NCBI GenBank assembly: GCA_951406725.2
Contig: OX597818.1
Coordinates: forward strand, 141,484,001-141,548,000
DNA length: 64,000 bases
Origin: Octopus vulgaris
Taxonomy: Eukaryota
Direction of reading: 5' to 3'
Positions 41,362 to 55,959 of this stretch are shown here, one piece after another. The translations under genes and the position numbers were made by a program. The stretch's first letter is position 1. Each line of letters starts with the position of its first letter. The notes under the pieces were generated by a model that did no database searches, was not told the origin of the DNA, and worked only from the letters and a program-made list of their open reading frames with translations.

Positions 41362-41756
41362 TTTTTTTATTCTTTTATTTGTTTCAGTCATTTGACTGTA
41401 GCCATGCTGGAGTACTGCCTTTAGTCGAGCAAATCGACCCCAGGACTTATTCTTTGTAAGCCTAGTACTTATTCTATCGGTCTCTTTTGCCGAACCGCTA
41501 TGTTACGGGGAGGTAAGCATACCAGCATCGGTTGTCAAGCGATGTTGGGGGGATAAACACAGACGCACAAACATATACACACACATACATATATATACGA
41601 CGGGCTTCTTTCAGTTTCCGCCTACCAAATCCACTCACAAGGCTTTGGTCGGCCCAGGGCTATAGTAGAAGACACTTGCCCAAGGTGCCACGCAGTGGGA
41701 CTGAACCCGGAACCATGTGGTTCGTAAGCAAGCTACTTACCACACAGCCGCTCCTA
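41362..41756 (-). mobile_element. SINE family B copy
   Basis: Highly similar to 1115-1523. Confidence 0.9.
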
Positions 41757-42770
41757 TGCCTATATATATATATTAATAGAAATTTGGACGGAATAAATCT
41801 AGATAAATTCCTCAATCAGTACTCCAGGAGAAAAACCTGGCTACTAGAATCACGAATGAAGAGGACGAGGATCCGCATCGATAGAATGAACATACAAACT
41901 GTGCTCCATACAAACTGTAAATACGAGGAATTTCACTATTCAATAGGTTGTATCATTTTTCGCAGCGTGTAGAGGCAAACAGGCCTAAAAATGAAGACGA
42001 TGTTGTTACATCAATGTGTTCAGGGTCATGATCCTTTTGAATTGCTAGAGGAAACGTTTCATCGCTGTACATTGGTTAGCACGCTTAATGAATTAAATAA
42101 TTAATCAATCAATCGGTTAATGTAATTCTCTGCATTCAACAATTTCCTCCAAACCATAAGTTATTATGGTAGATTTTCAGTTTCCAAAAATATATACTGT
42201 GGCTGTACGATATCATAGTAACAGAACTTTGAGTATAGAGTATTCCCTTCATAAGTTGGACATTATGGATAACTGACTACAAATTACATTCTTTGGTGGT
42301 GCTAGTGGTGGTGGTGGTGGTGGTTATTGTTATTCTTGTTGTTCTTGTGTTCTTTCATTCTTATAAGAGTTGTGAATTGGTAGAATTGAAAGAAGGTTGA
42401 GAAATATAACTTATGGTAATTGATCCCTCTATTTATTTGCATTGTAAATTCAAATCTTGGTGGGTAAAAAGAAAACTTTCACCCTTCATCATTCATAAAA
42501 TAAAGTACTACTCAAATGCTAAGGTCAATACAAAAGACCTTAATTTCAACTGCTGTACCTCTTAAAAACCATTGTCGTCATCATAATCTTCATCCTCTCT
42601 CTCCTCCCCTACCTCTCTTCCCATTCTCTTCTGATTCCCAACCATCCTTCTCTCCCCATCCTTCTTCTGCTTGTCAGCATCACCAACGACATTATCTTGA
42701 TTATCGTTGTCATCATCAAAAACGTCATCAGTATTATCAGTATCGTCAACATTATAAAAAGATACCGCAA

Positions 42771-42771
<1 letters not shown>

Positions 42772-42837
<66 letters not shown>

Positions 42838-42850
42838 TGTAGTGGTGGTG

Positions 42851-42915
<65 letters not shown>

Positions 42916-42934
42916 GGTAGTGGTGGTAGTGGTG

Positions 42935-42990
<56 letters not shown>
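42772..42990. repeat. (AGT)/(GGT)n microsatellite
   Basis: Read directly. Confidence 0.96.
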
Positions 42991-42991
<1 letters not shown>

Positions 42992-43281
42992 AAACAGCAA
43001 TTACAGTAGCAACAGAAGTGGTTGAAGTGCCTGTATTTCAGTCTGAGCCATTAGTTTCGTACATAAGTGGAAAATACTGTAAAATTTTTAAATCAACAGA
43101 ATAAGAGATCGCTGAGAGTGTAATAATATAGAAATAAGTAACTCTCAGATCGCTTTGCCGTCAGCAGTTTTAATATCTACGCAAAACATCTAGTTAAGCA
43201 TCATGTTATTCTCTGAAATTAAATATATGCCCCTATGTACATACATGTAAATATACTTGGTTATGTGCGTGTGTATGTACG

Positions 43282-43343
<62 letters not shown>

Positions 43344-43959
43344 TGTATGTATGTATGTATGTATGGATGGATGAATATACGTGATTATATATGCATTTAT
43401 ATACAAGGAAGCATACATTTACAAGCGTATATCACATACAGACAAGTATATATACACGCCTACATGTGTTTATATGTATGTGTCTGAGTGCGGATATTAG
43501 TTCATACACACACACTTACATACGTATATACATATACAAACACAAACACAAACATACACACACACTTACATACATACCTACATACTTACTTACATATCTA
43601 CATACTTACTTACATACATACATACATAAATACATACACATATACATACATGCATACATACATACATACATACATACAGCGTACATACATACCTGTAAAA
43701 AGTGAGCGGCACACACATGGAATAGCAAAGAGGGAGATATAAAGAGAAAGCCAGAAAAAAGCATAACCCTTACTATATTGTAAAACCGTAGTGGGAGCTA
43801 TCGCAGGTTTTCTTAAGCTGGCATAGTGCTGTGTTAATCATACATGACAACTATTGCACCATATTATTGAATCAGACGTAATAATAATGAACTTTGAAAT
43901 AAGCACACTTTATGCGAATATAATCCAAACTCAAAAATAATTAATATATCTTCCTTACT

Positions 43960-44167
43960 ATAACTCTTAGTATATCATTCGCCATGATAGATCGCTAGCC
44001 ACTACACATTCTTTATTTTCTCTCCTTGTTTCATTCTGTGTTCCTTTCTGAAGAAGAGCGTAGGCTCGAAACGTTAAAGTCTTTTTCACTTCCCGAGCGT
44101 TATACTAATACATCTGTTTGTTGTCTACACTTCTTGTCTTCGTCTTGTTTTTTTTTGTGAATTCTCC

Positions 44168-44169
<2 letters not shown>
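43960..44169 (+). mobile_element. PLE pLTR-like fragment (second family) carrying a hammerhead
   Basis: T-rich ~200-bp module with hammerhead and CCCGAGCGT motif (cf. CCTGAGCGT in the 13.8-kb family), ending at TA(TG)n. Confidence 0.65.
44044..44079 (+). ncRNA. minimal type-I hammerhead ribozyme (36 nt)
   Basis: CTTT-CTGAAGA-A-GAGC-GTAG-GCTC-GAAAC-GTT-AAAG: stem I CTTT/AAAG, stem II GAGC/GCTC, loop-less palindromic stem III ACGT. Confidence 0.8.
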
Positions 44170-44214
<45 letters not shown>

Positions 44215-45078
44215 AGCATGTATGTGTGTGTGTCTGTGTGTGTATATGTATGCACCTTTCTCTATAAAAACATAAGGTATAAAACATCTATCTATCTATC
44301 TATTTACATATATATATACATATATTCAGTAATTAAGAGGAAGAGGTCAACTAATAATACATCGTTTAACTACAATAGTTTATAACATTGCGATAACTCC
44401 ACAGTAGTAAGCATTCGTGCATATGTGTGTGTGTGTGTGTGTTTCTGCGTATATGTGTGTAACTGGAGCGAGAGTGAGAGTGGGATTAAGAGAGTGCATA
44501 TGCGTTTATACGTATTTTTCTGTGCCTCTGTATATGTGTATGCATCTTTGTTTTGAGGGACATCTCTTCTATTACTTGTATTTGTGTGTATATTATACTA
44601 CAGTATATCACTATGTATATGGGGAAGAACCATTTTTTGTGTGCATATCTATAATAGTACACCTGTTAATATTACTGTACAGCTATGCGGATATATATAT
44701 ATATATATATCTGTGCATAATTTGGTGTGTCTAAGAGTTCTTGTGCATGTGCGTATTTTTTTCCACATCTGTACCGTCTACTATCACGATTTTTGTGCAC
44801 ATGTTTAGGGAAATTAATTTCCAATGCTAAATTCTGCTTTAAGCAAGAATTTGGCAGTTTTGCATTAAACATGAGCAAAGAGAAATAACGCAAAGTAATG
44901 TGAAGGAAAGTGAAGTGAAGAAAAACTAAATTATATCACAAATATATATATATGAATATATACAGATATATACATATACATATGTATATATATATATATT
45001 TACATATACATATACATATGTATATATATATATTTACATATACATATACATATGTATATATGCATATATATATATATT

Positions 45079-45195
<117 letters not shown>

Positions 45196-45196
45196 G

Positions 45197-45245
<49 letters not shown>

Positions 45246-45519
45246 TATATATGTATATATAGTCAATGACAGAAACCAGCAACAGGCAGAGACATAAAAT
45301 ACATAAAATAAGCAAATAAATATAAGACAGATAGGCTAAAAGAAAGAAAAAAGGAATAAATACCATATTTCTTTCTTTTTTTTTTTTAACAGCTACCTGA
45401 TGACTTTATATTCAATGAAACACAGAATCGGAATATTAATGACAAAAATACCCATACACAATACATACGTATTTCCAATCACGCAAATATGTGTGTGTGT
45501 GTGTGTCTGTGTATTTGTG

Positions 45520-45551
<32 letters not shown>

Positions 45552-45764
45552 CGTGTGTGTGTGCATATATGAATGTATGGACGTGCTTGTGTGTGTGTGC
45601 GTAAACGCATGCATATGCATACACATGTTTATGCTTGTCTATCTCTCTATCTGACTCTTTATATGGTTGTACATATCAACATAAATATGCATGTTCAAAA
45701 ATATGTGAATGTATACATGCATACATATGCTCGTGTGTGTGTGCATGCACGTGTGAATAAATAT

Positions 45765-45825
<61 letters not shown>

Positions 45826-45907
45826 CCATACATACATAAATATCTATATGTGACAATTTTCAGTGCATGTATGTACGTATTCAAATGTGTGTGTCTCTCT
45901 CTATATA

Positions 45908-45938
<31 letters not shown>

Positions 45939-45956
45939 TTGTGTGTGTGTGTGCTC

Positions 45957-45993
<37 letters not shown>

Positions 45994-46914
45994 TCATATT
46001 TAGAGAGAGAGAACTACAGATACATCAGATACTAAATGACTAATTTCACGATTTGAAAAAAAATTATCTCTGCTTTAGAGGATGTATAACAATTACTAAA
46101 TGACAATTCAGAACAGCTTTATAATTGCTGAGGAGTTTATGGATGGAGCACTTCTCAGTTGGCAATGGATAAATCTGGCACATCCTGCATAGTAGAGATA
46201 ATTCTAAAACACCATGAATATTCGTAATATTCGTAGTAATATTCGTAGCCACTTTAACATGGCTGTCTGTTCGAGCGGACTCTTCTACTGCGATTTTTTA
46301 ACCCTAAGACGACATCTCCTCTAGCTGGTTAACGATGCACAGCTGCATCCGATAAAATTGTGAGCAGCGGAGCGAACCCCTATCATCTCCTAGCGACGGG
46401 ACCAGTAGACCAGTTCTGGTTTCGGGCTATTTCTGCCCCTCCACACCATCATAAATTAGTTTCGATATTACATATCCCTAATATTACTTTTTTTATTTGC
46501 TGACACACAAAACCGTTTGTAACAAATAAAATATCGTCATCACCAACCTTCAGCACTCTACCAAAGTCTAACTTTAATCTGCTGTATAGTAACACGAACT
46601 CTCAGTTTATTGTATTGTGACATATTTCCGAGTTAATGCATTTTAAGATACTGTAAATCAGAGTTACAGCATAAGTGTTGCTGCATTGTAACCGCCTCGT
46701 ATGGAAGAATAGCAATAGAGTAAACTAATCTATTGCTTGGCTTAACGGAAAACACAGCAAAATGTCCTTAAACCACACACCAATGGGTATAAATAGGACA
46801 CATTGAACAATCAAGAATGCAAACTGCTGTGGAGAGATTCTGACTGCCCCACAAGTAACTGAAGGTGGACTGTGTCATTACTATAGAGTAAATAACTGTG
46901 AGCGATTGGAAGTT

Positions 46915-47335
46915 CGGGTTGGTAAACAGTTCTTTAGAGTTCGCTCCTTTTCGTGTTAATCATTGTTTGATCCCTGTTAGACGTAAGTCACCTTGTTAAT
47001 TAATTGTTGAAGGTCTCCCCTCGTGAGTGTACCTATGATTATTGATTGCTGAAATTGCTGTTGCTGTTATTGTTGAATTATGCTTGTTTTTGTCCCATAA
47101 GAAAAATACTAGCGGGAAGCCACAGTTATACGGCCGCAACTGGTAGAGGAATAGAAGTTGAAGCTTTGGAGGTTCGCGAAGTAAAGGTCGAGCCGAAGAT
47201 GAAAAAATGTGAGAAACTATTGAAATGTGTGGAAGAGGCATTGATCCGCCAGGAGTTGTGGTGGAATTTGATGAATTGTCACCAGTGGTAGAATTGAAAG
47301 ATCTCGAACCTTTTATGAGATATTCAAAAAAAAAA
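46915..47335 (+). mobile_element. diverged 5' fragment of a putative LINE (UTR plus ORF1 start), copy 1
   Basis: GGTAAACAGT..AGAGTTCG...ATCATTGTTTGATCCCTGTT and peptide SYTAATGRGIEVEALEVREVK match 47612-48320. Confidence 0.5.
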
Positions 47336-47611
47336 GGCAAAAAGTAAGTAAAATTATTTTATTTGAAAAAAGAAAGAAAAAGAAATGATGATAAAGAAAA
47401 AACAAAGACAAGCAAGAACGATTACAAACTGTGCATTTAAATGTTCAAATGGTACAGCAGGAGAATGGGGCTCATGTAGACATTTCCTTTTCCTTTTATA
47501 TAACATCATTTTCATTCGTTTTATGTTTTTTGTCCCCACTGTGTCGGTCTGACTGTCCTTGTGCTGTCCCCTCTGTGATGGCCGTAGTGCCAAAATAGTG
47601 AATCAACGGAT

Positions 47612-48320
47612 AGGTAAACAGTGGCTCGAGAGTTCGTTTTTCCGCGTTGATCATTGTTTGATCCCTGTTGAACGTGGGTCGCATTGTTTGATTGGTTGTT
47701 GAGGATCTCCTGCAAGGGTGAACCTAATTTTTGAACCTCATTGTTGAATTGTTAGTTGCTTTCTTTTTTGCCTGTGAAATTATATTTTGTATTCTCCCCT
47801 ATTTATAGGTGAAGTTTCAGCCGTCAGCTATGCTCCAGCTACTGGAAGAAGTTTGACAGCTGACGAGTTACAGGTACGAGAGATAAAGATGGACCAGAGG
47901 AAGTTGAAGGAGTTGAACAGACTCTTAGAGAAGGATGGACCCAGTTTGAGGCTGACACCGCCAGAAAGTTTAACAGTAATCGTGATGAAGCGGACAGTGG
48001 TGTATAGAACGCTGTCCACGACATCGACAAAATAGAAATAGCCACGGTGGAGGCAACAGAGGAATGCCTAAAAGAGGTGAAAAGCCTCACAACATTTTAC
48101 AGGAGAGGCGGGAAATATGGTACAGTGGAGGTAAGGTTCACTAGTGAACAAGAAACGATAAACCACTCCACTGTGGCTCTAAGGACACCAGAGTGAGTAC
48201 TTCTGTCGAATTACTGTGGCAAATGCCTGAGAGACCTGCATAGAGTGGATGCAAGTGTCTTTAAAAAGAAAACTGGACCTATTCCTGTTACGGGTTCCAG
48301 ACGAGTCTACTTCACGGCAG
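47612..48320 (+). mobile_element. diverged 5' fragment of a putative LINE (UTR plus ORF1 start), copy 2
   Basis: Peptide SYAPATGRSLTADELQVREIK...RTVVYRT...GKYGTVEVRFTSE with stops; SYA-A start and RRM-like spacing resemble L1/Tx1 ORF1; identity is an inference. Confidence 0.5.
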
Positions 48321-48758
48321 GAAACACAGGTGGGAGCAGCAGAATCAAACTCCCGCATTGACCAAATGCCACATATTAGATGTCCCAAATAATGGAGTAG
48401 CTCAGTCAATGATGATGCTCCAGCATGACCGCAGCTTTGCAGGTGAAAGATTTAAAAATATTTATGTATGTATGTATGTATATACACACACACATATATA
48501 TATACATGTATATATACGTATATATTTGTGTATATATATATGTATATATATATATATACGTATACGTATATAAATATTTATATATATGTATATATATATA
48601 TACATATATATGTATACATATATACGTATATATATATGTATGTAAAAATATGTACATATATATATGTATGTATATGTATATATATATATATATATGTATA
48701 TATGCATATATACCTATATATATGTATGTAAAAATATGTACATATACAAAGGTATGTA

Positions 48759-48803
<45 letters not shown>

Positions 48804-49032
48804 ATCTATCTATCTATCTATATATATATATATATATATATATACGTACTTATGAATAGCATCTGAATCATCCTTGAGTTGCATTGGAAATAGTTTCAAC
48901 GTTCCTGCTTCCTCAAGTAATGATTTCAATACAGAGATCGGACTACATTTGGGCATAAACGCATTTTTCCTTACACACACACACAACATACACACACATC
49001 ACATATTCAGTCCACTGTTCCTCGTATGTGTA

Positions 49033-49114
<82 letters not shown>

Positions 49115-49184
49115 TATACATATATATATATACATACAAATGCACATGTATATTTATGTACATATATATATATACATATTATAA

Positions 49185-49224
<40 letters not shown>

Positions 49225-49360
49225 TGCATATACATACATACATATATACATACATATATATATATTCATATATACATATGTGCATACATAGATATACATA
49301 CATCTATATATATACATGCATACATACATATATGCTTACATATATACAGATATATATATA

Positions 49361-49422
<62 letters not shown>

Positions 49423-49706
49423 CATATATGCATACGAATAAACTAATATACGTGCTTACCATTCCCTGCTTATCTTTTCATAGGAATATGTCGATATGTC
49501 AATTATTCACACCAATAAGAAAACTGACAGTTTGGCTTCGTATTACTGAGAGAAGATTGGTACGGCTTTGAGGAATTGAATGTTGATAGTGAAACCTGGG
49601 ATTACTTATACCTGTATAGAAGCTGACCCTTGCTGTTGAGACATGGAAAGTTGAGAGCGAGATAGATTAGCTAGCTTCCAGCTATATATATACAGAGAGA
49701 GAGAGT

Positions 49707-49788
<82 letters not shown>

Positions 49789-50681
49789 GAGATAGATAGA
49801 TAGAGTGAAAATAGAAGACAGAAGGAAAATAGACTTTCGTTAGGATTATTGCTTGGCGGTAAAGAAAGATCCTTCGAGACAGTAATGTAATCAAAGGATT
49901 CATGGAATGGAATTGATATAAAGAATATTCAATATCTATTTCGAAATATGTTTTGTCTGTGTATGGCAGGAAGGAAGTCGTGTGTGTTCATATAAATAGG
50001 TGTAGGTGTATCTATCTTCGGTTCTGTGTGGTGGAAGCGTTTGTGCAAGATGTATATGTATGTACTTCGTGTTGTATGTTTGACGTAGGAGTAATAGTAA
50101 TATTGCATGTAATGTTGCTGTCATTTTCATGCGTGTGTCCATGAGGCTATTTACCATAGATAAAGTAACTGTTAATTCCAAGGCAAGCAGAGATCTGAGT
50201 TCGATTCTATCCCGAAATTATTTTCTTGTGGAAATAAATCTTGAACATCACAATCTCCCATTTCTGTCTAGATCCGTCTTACCAGCATTTTTGGTTCCCG
50301 GGTAAAGCAATGCTTTGGTCTCTGCATACATAGATTAGCATTGGATCTCCTTGGCAATTGTACCTCCGAGCATCTCCCTTCATAACCCATATATTAAGTC
50401 CTCCAAAAGTACAAAACATAGCTTCCTATTCAAATATACACTTATTTGTAAACTTTAATTTTGTGCTTTATGTTCTTTGTGCGTATGCGCGGTACTTTGA
50501 TTATAGTTTATTTTGCATTGATAAATATTTCTGATATCATCTTTGATGGTAGGTTTCCATTCCCTGATTAAGCAGTGTTATATTACATTCACTGATTAGC
50601 ACCATGACACTAAGGTAGTGATGTCGGATCCATGACACGCGAGTCAGCAATGATATGCTGCAAGTCTCTTATGTTAATAAT

Positions 50682-50897
50682 CCTTTCTGTTATAAGCACA
50701 AAGCCTCAAATTTGGCGGGGAGGGGATTAGTCGATTACATCGACCCTAGTACTCAACTGGTACTTAATTTATCGACCCCGAAAGGATGAAAGGCAAAATC
50801 AACCTCAGGGGAATTTGAACTCAGAACGTAGCTTCGGACGAAATACTGTTAAGTATTTCGTCCGGCGAACTAACGTTTCTGCCAACTAGCCTCCTTA
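50682..50897 (-). mobile_element. SINE family A copy
   Basis: ATCGACCCCGAAAGGATGAAAGGCAAAATCAACCTCAGGGGAATTTGAACTCAGAACG. Confidence 0.86.
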
Positions 50898-51077
50898 ATC
50901 ATTGTGTTAATAATGATGAGCTGGTGAGGTGGAAGACTCGGAACAATATTCGTTCCTGCTATTTGTCGCACCGGACTCTACTTTGTCTTTCTTTCATACT
51001 TTATTCGTGGAGGAAGGGCAATAAAATAAAGTTCAAGGGCCGATGTAATCGACTAACCCTACTTCCAATCAAAATTT

Positions 51078-51421
51078 ATTTCTTTATTGCCCACAGGAGG
51101 CTACACATACAGGGGGCATCACTGGGGTACTATTTAATCGACCCCGAAAGGATGAAAGGCAAAGCTGACCTCGGCGGAATTTGAACTCCGAACGTAACGG
51201 TAGACGAAATACCTATTTCTTTACTTCCCACAAGGGGCTAAACACAGAAGGGACAAACAAGGACAGACAAAGATATTAAGTCGATTACATCGACCCCAGT
51301 CCGTACCTGGTACTTATTTAATTGACCCCGAAAGGGTGAAAGGCAAAGTCGACCTCGGCTGAATTTGAACTCAGAACGTAACGGCAGACGAAATACCGTT
51401 AATTATTTCGGTCGCCGCCTT
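51078..51421 (-). mobile_element. tandem dimer of SINE family A inside one TSD
   Basis: Two partial units (about 51078-51212 and 51213-51421) flanked by CCAATCAAAATTT at 51065-51077 and 51425-51437. Confidence 0.8.
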
Positions 51422-51464
51422 ACACCAATCAAAATTTGTTAATATTATGCCTTGATGAGACATT

Positions 51465-51698
51465 GAAGGCGGTGAGCTGACAGAATCGTTAGCACGCCGG
51501 GCGAAATGCGTAGCCGTATTTCGTCTGTCATTACGTTCTGAGTTCAAATTCCGCCGAGGTCGACTTTGCCTTTCATCCTTTCGGGGTCGAGAAATTAAGT
51601 ACCAGTTACGCACTGGGGTCGATATAATCGACTTGATCCCTTTGTCTGTCCTTGTTTGTCCCCTCTATGTTTAGCCCCTTGTGGGCAGTAAAGAAATA
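51465..51698 (+). mobile_element. SINE family A, full length
   Basis: TSD TATGCCTT(G/A)ATGAGACATT at 51446-51464 and 51699-51717. Confidence 0.9.
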
Positions 51699-52619
51699 TA
51701 TGCCTTAATGAGACATTATCTGAAAGGCAATGAAAGCGTCGGATAAAATATTTTGCCGTGTTTGCTCCTAAATCTCTGGGGCCACATTTCAAATCCCGCC
51801 CGGGTCAATTTTGATTTTTTTTTTTTTTCGGTCTTGATAAATAAATTACCAGTCCTGGGTTGGGAATTGACAGAATCTTTAGAGAGCCCGATGAAATGCC
51901 TGATAGTATCTATCAGTTCCGAATCTGTGTTTTCTTAGATCAAGGAAAACGGTAGCATTTCTGTCAGTCTTTGCGATCGAGAGATTGTATCAGCAAATGA
52001 AAAACCAATTGAAACATAGCTACCTTTGTTCGATCGGAAGATCGACTACGATGAAATGAATGCGTTTATGCGATCATTATCTCATAGATTTTGGATATAA
52101 AGGAAGGGAAATAAAGTAATTAATGTCTACAAGTCGTGTTTGTGTTTCACAATATGGCAGTATGAATTAGTGCTTTCTTTTATGTGTATCTACTGTGTAT
52201 ATGTATATGTGTGAAAGTGTATGTGTATGTGCCAGGTATTGAGAAAACTTAATTATCAGAATATTACACTCTTCAAACCAATTAAAAGGTTTTTATTTCT
52301 TTCTGATCTACCAACGCAGATAAAATAAGATATGAAATGAAAAAAAAAACTCGCAGTCATTTTGGCCATGTATGCGGGACACAACGATTTATAAATTCCA
52401 TCTTTCTAAATGTAGAAAGACCTCTTGTACACAATGTTCGGAAGGAACTGGCAGTTTCTGGCAGGAATGCGTCAACTATATCAAAGCTAAAAGAACATTC
52501 AAAACGCCTGGACACTATAAGAAAACCGTAATTCATCTAAAGGGTTCAAAATATCCATATATCAAAATCCCGTAAATCAAAGAGGGCCATCGCCAAAGAA
52601 CCCCAGATATCGAAGTGGC

Positions 52620-53010
52620 CTATCGGAACTCTTGAACACAAGGATATTCGATACAAGACTTATCTACTGAGCAGAGACAAACTATGTCTACCAAGAGGCA
52701 GGAAAACCGCTTTTAACTAGATTAAAAACTCTCATAAACATGGCTTCCTTTGGTTCTTTTCTACGAAAATTTTCGACCAAGTCCAAAACTTCTAAATGGA
52801 GAAATGACAGACGGTTATGTACAGATTATTCTGCTGTCCATAGAGTTTTGCACACTGCGTTTCTAGCAACGGTAATGCTTGTAGGGCTAATGAGTAACGA
52901 AGGACTAATCATACCACCTCGTATCTTTGCAGTGGGTCATAGAATTCTTGTTGCTAGATATTTTGAAATGGTACACAGAGTTGTTAAGCCTTGGTTAGCA
53001 TGTTTCAACT
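52620..53010 (+). pseudogene. Tc1/mariner-superfamily (maT/DD37D-like) transposase remnant
   Basis: HKDIRYKTY...RNDRRLCTD.SAV.RVLHTAFLATVMLVGLMSNEGLIIPPRIFAVG.RI....Y.EM...VVKPWL resembles the NDR.L / TKFPA.VMV.G.VS.EG..MPP.FF..GL.VN...Y...L..VVKPW segment of such transposases. Confidence 0.7.
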
Positions 53011-53016
53011 GAGCTT

Positions 53017-53094
<78 letters not shown>

Positions 53095-53679
53095 GAGAGA
53101 CAGAGACAGAGCGACAGAAAGAGAGAGACAGAGACAGACAGACAGAGAGAGAGACAGACAGACAAACAGACAGACAGATAGAAGGAGAGAGAAAGATGGA
53201 TAGACATGTGTATGTGTGTATGCATTCACGTGTATGAACATGTCTAAGTAATCATAGCGTTTCTAGTTGTAATACATTACGTGGCACATTGCACGTTGGA
53301 TAAGAATGTTAGCGAGTATATGTTTGTGTGTAGGTGTGTGTGACTATGTATGTGTGAATCAGATCGCTCTGAGAGCGTTGTGAGAGAATAAATTCCAGCA
53401 TAACTTGCTACACCCGACCAAATTAACCTGGTGTCCACGGTTACTAGATACCCAACGGGACAAAAGCACTAAAAGTCAAAATGACTGTCGAATCTAGCAT
53501 AATGTCACAGTCTATTTTATAAAGAAAAAAAAGCAGGGACAAATAAATTCCGGGAGTTGTGGGACGTGATGTAAAATAAAACAGCCGGTGTATTTAGCTA
53601 ATTAACGTCGGTAACGGCTGGTCATATTGTTGAATGAATGGACGACCAAGTTATATAACTAAATCATATACGCCTTTTA

Positions 53680-53783
53680 TCATTTGCTTCATTGAATCAT
53701 TGGATAGCAGTCACACTGGAGCACTGCCTTGAACAGTTTAGTCGAACAAATCGTCCCGGTAATTATCCCGTCGGTCTCTTACA

Positions 53784-53863
<80 letters not shown>

Positions 53864-53962
53864 AATCTAGTAGTAGAAAATGCTTACCCAATGAGGTGGT
53901 GTTCAGTGGTACTGAACTCAAATCCATGCGGTTGCAAAGCAAGAATCTTAGCCACACAGCCC
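53680..53962 (-). mobile_element. degenerate SINE family B
   Basis: CTGGAGCACTGCCTTGAA...TAGTAGAAAATGCTTACCCAA...GGTACTGAACTC...CCACACAGCC. Confidence 0.6.
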
Positions 53963-54026
53963 TATACATGTGTGTGTGTGTCTGTGCGTATCTTTCTGTG
54001 TATGAGTATGCGTATATATATATATG

Positions 54027-54057
<31 letters not shown>

Positions 54058-54110
54058 TTGTGTGTATACACCGATCACATGTACATATACATGCATACAT
54101 GCACATATGT

Positions 54111-54171
<61 letters not shown>

Positions 54172-54276
54172 TCATACAAACGCATACACCTACATATGTA
54201 TGTGTGTGTGTTTCTATATATGTATATATATATATATATATGTGTTTCTATATATGTATATATATATATATGTGTT

Positions 54277-54311
<35 letters not shown>

Positions 54312-54723
54312 GTGTGTGTGAGAGATAGATAGAGAGAGAGAGAGAGAGTGGGAGAGGGAGAGAGTGTGTGTGGCTTGTATGTATGCATGTCTATGGATAT
54401 TGATGAATCAGCGATCAGATCATGAACCAAAAAATGCCAATAAACATATAAGCGACGGTACTCAAATATGTAAACATAGCGCCCAATTTGCCCCTACACA
54501 CAGAGTGCTCTCTGCGAGCAGACATCAACTATATTGAATTATTCAATGACAGCCATAATCTTCCACAGCTGTAACCTATACTGCCTGTATCAGGCCGGTT
54601 AATGCTCCGTTAATCTTTTGGAATGTTGTTGGTGTAAAACAGGATTAAGTCTTCGTACTACACCTTGTCTGTAACAGGATTTGCAATCTTCTGTTAGTTT
54701 ATGCTCTTGCATGCAAAGACACA

Positions 54724-54757
<34 letters not shown>

Positions 54758-54906
54758 ACACATACACAACACACACACATACATATATATATATAGTATA
54801 TATATATGTATATGTGTGTGTGTATATATATATATATGTATATATATACACACACTACTTACTGAGGATATGTTCTTTATTCTCTCTCCCTCCCTCTCTC
54901 TCTCCC

Positions 54907-54945
<39 letters not shown>

Positions 54946-55101
54946 TGAGAGACAGACAGACAGACAGACAGAGATTTCTATACATACATGCATGCATACA
55001 TGAGCGCACGTGTGTGTATGTATGGATAGGTAGACAGATAAATAGACAGATAGATAGACAGATAGATAGATAGGTAGATAGATAGATAGATAGATAGATA
55101 T

Positions 55102-55148
<47 letters not shown>

Positions 55149-55959
55149 CTAGTGTATATTTATATATGCATGTATGCGGGTGAGGTCAAGTGGCCAACTG
55201 GTTACACCTATTAGGCCATGATAGTAAACTTATGGTTTCGATTTTCGGTCCGGGTACCACATTATGTCTTTGAGCAAGGCCCTTCAGTTCACGTGCGTCA
55301 GTCTATTTATTTGCAAATTAATAAAAATTAGTACGAGCACAATAGAAAAGTATTCACGCACTCACACACACAAATACACACACACACACACTCGCACACA
55401 TGTGTATATATATATGTTATGCATATGTATGAAGGATGTGAAATACAGGGAGATTATAAGTAGGTGAGTTATATCCTACGTAAATAGCACTGAACTTAAG
55501 AAGAAGAATGAAAAATAGCAAAGCTTTGATTGCCATACTTAAGAGAGGAACAAAGAATATACATACTAAATATGGCAGAAGCTTGTGAGAGAATAAAGAA
55601 CATTTCCTCAGTAAGTAGTTGGATAGTATACGGTTACATGGGTAAAGTGGTTATAGATATACGATAGTTGATGGATTGACCACAGTGATTATCAAAGAAG
55701 CAAAGGTCTGTACCGAGCCATAGATTCATAACTTGGGCTTCCCAGATTCTATGGCGTATATATATTCCACCCATAGATCGGCCGCTTGTCTAACGCAGGA
55801 TTAGTCATTTTTGCTAGGTGAGCAGATTTGAGCTATATGAAATGAAGTGTTTTTCTCAAGAACACAACGTACCCTCGGTCGAGGAATCGAAATCACAATC
55901 TTACGATCGTGGGTGCAACATCCTATCCACTAAGTCATGTGTCTCCACGCAATGGTTAT

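Noticed and set aside
41973-42074. Possible 102-bp AG/GT-bounded open exon (RQTGLKMKTMLLHQCVQGHDPFELLEETFHRCTL)
   Set aside because: No recognisable homology, weak splice context and no partner exons; cannot be supported without RNA-seq.
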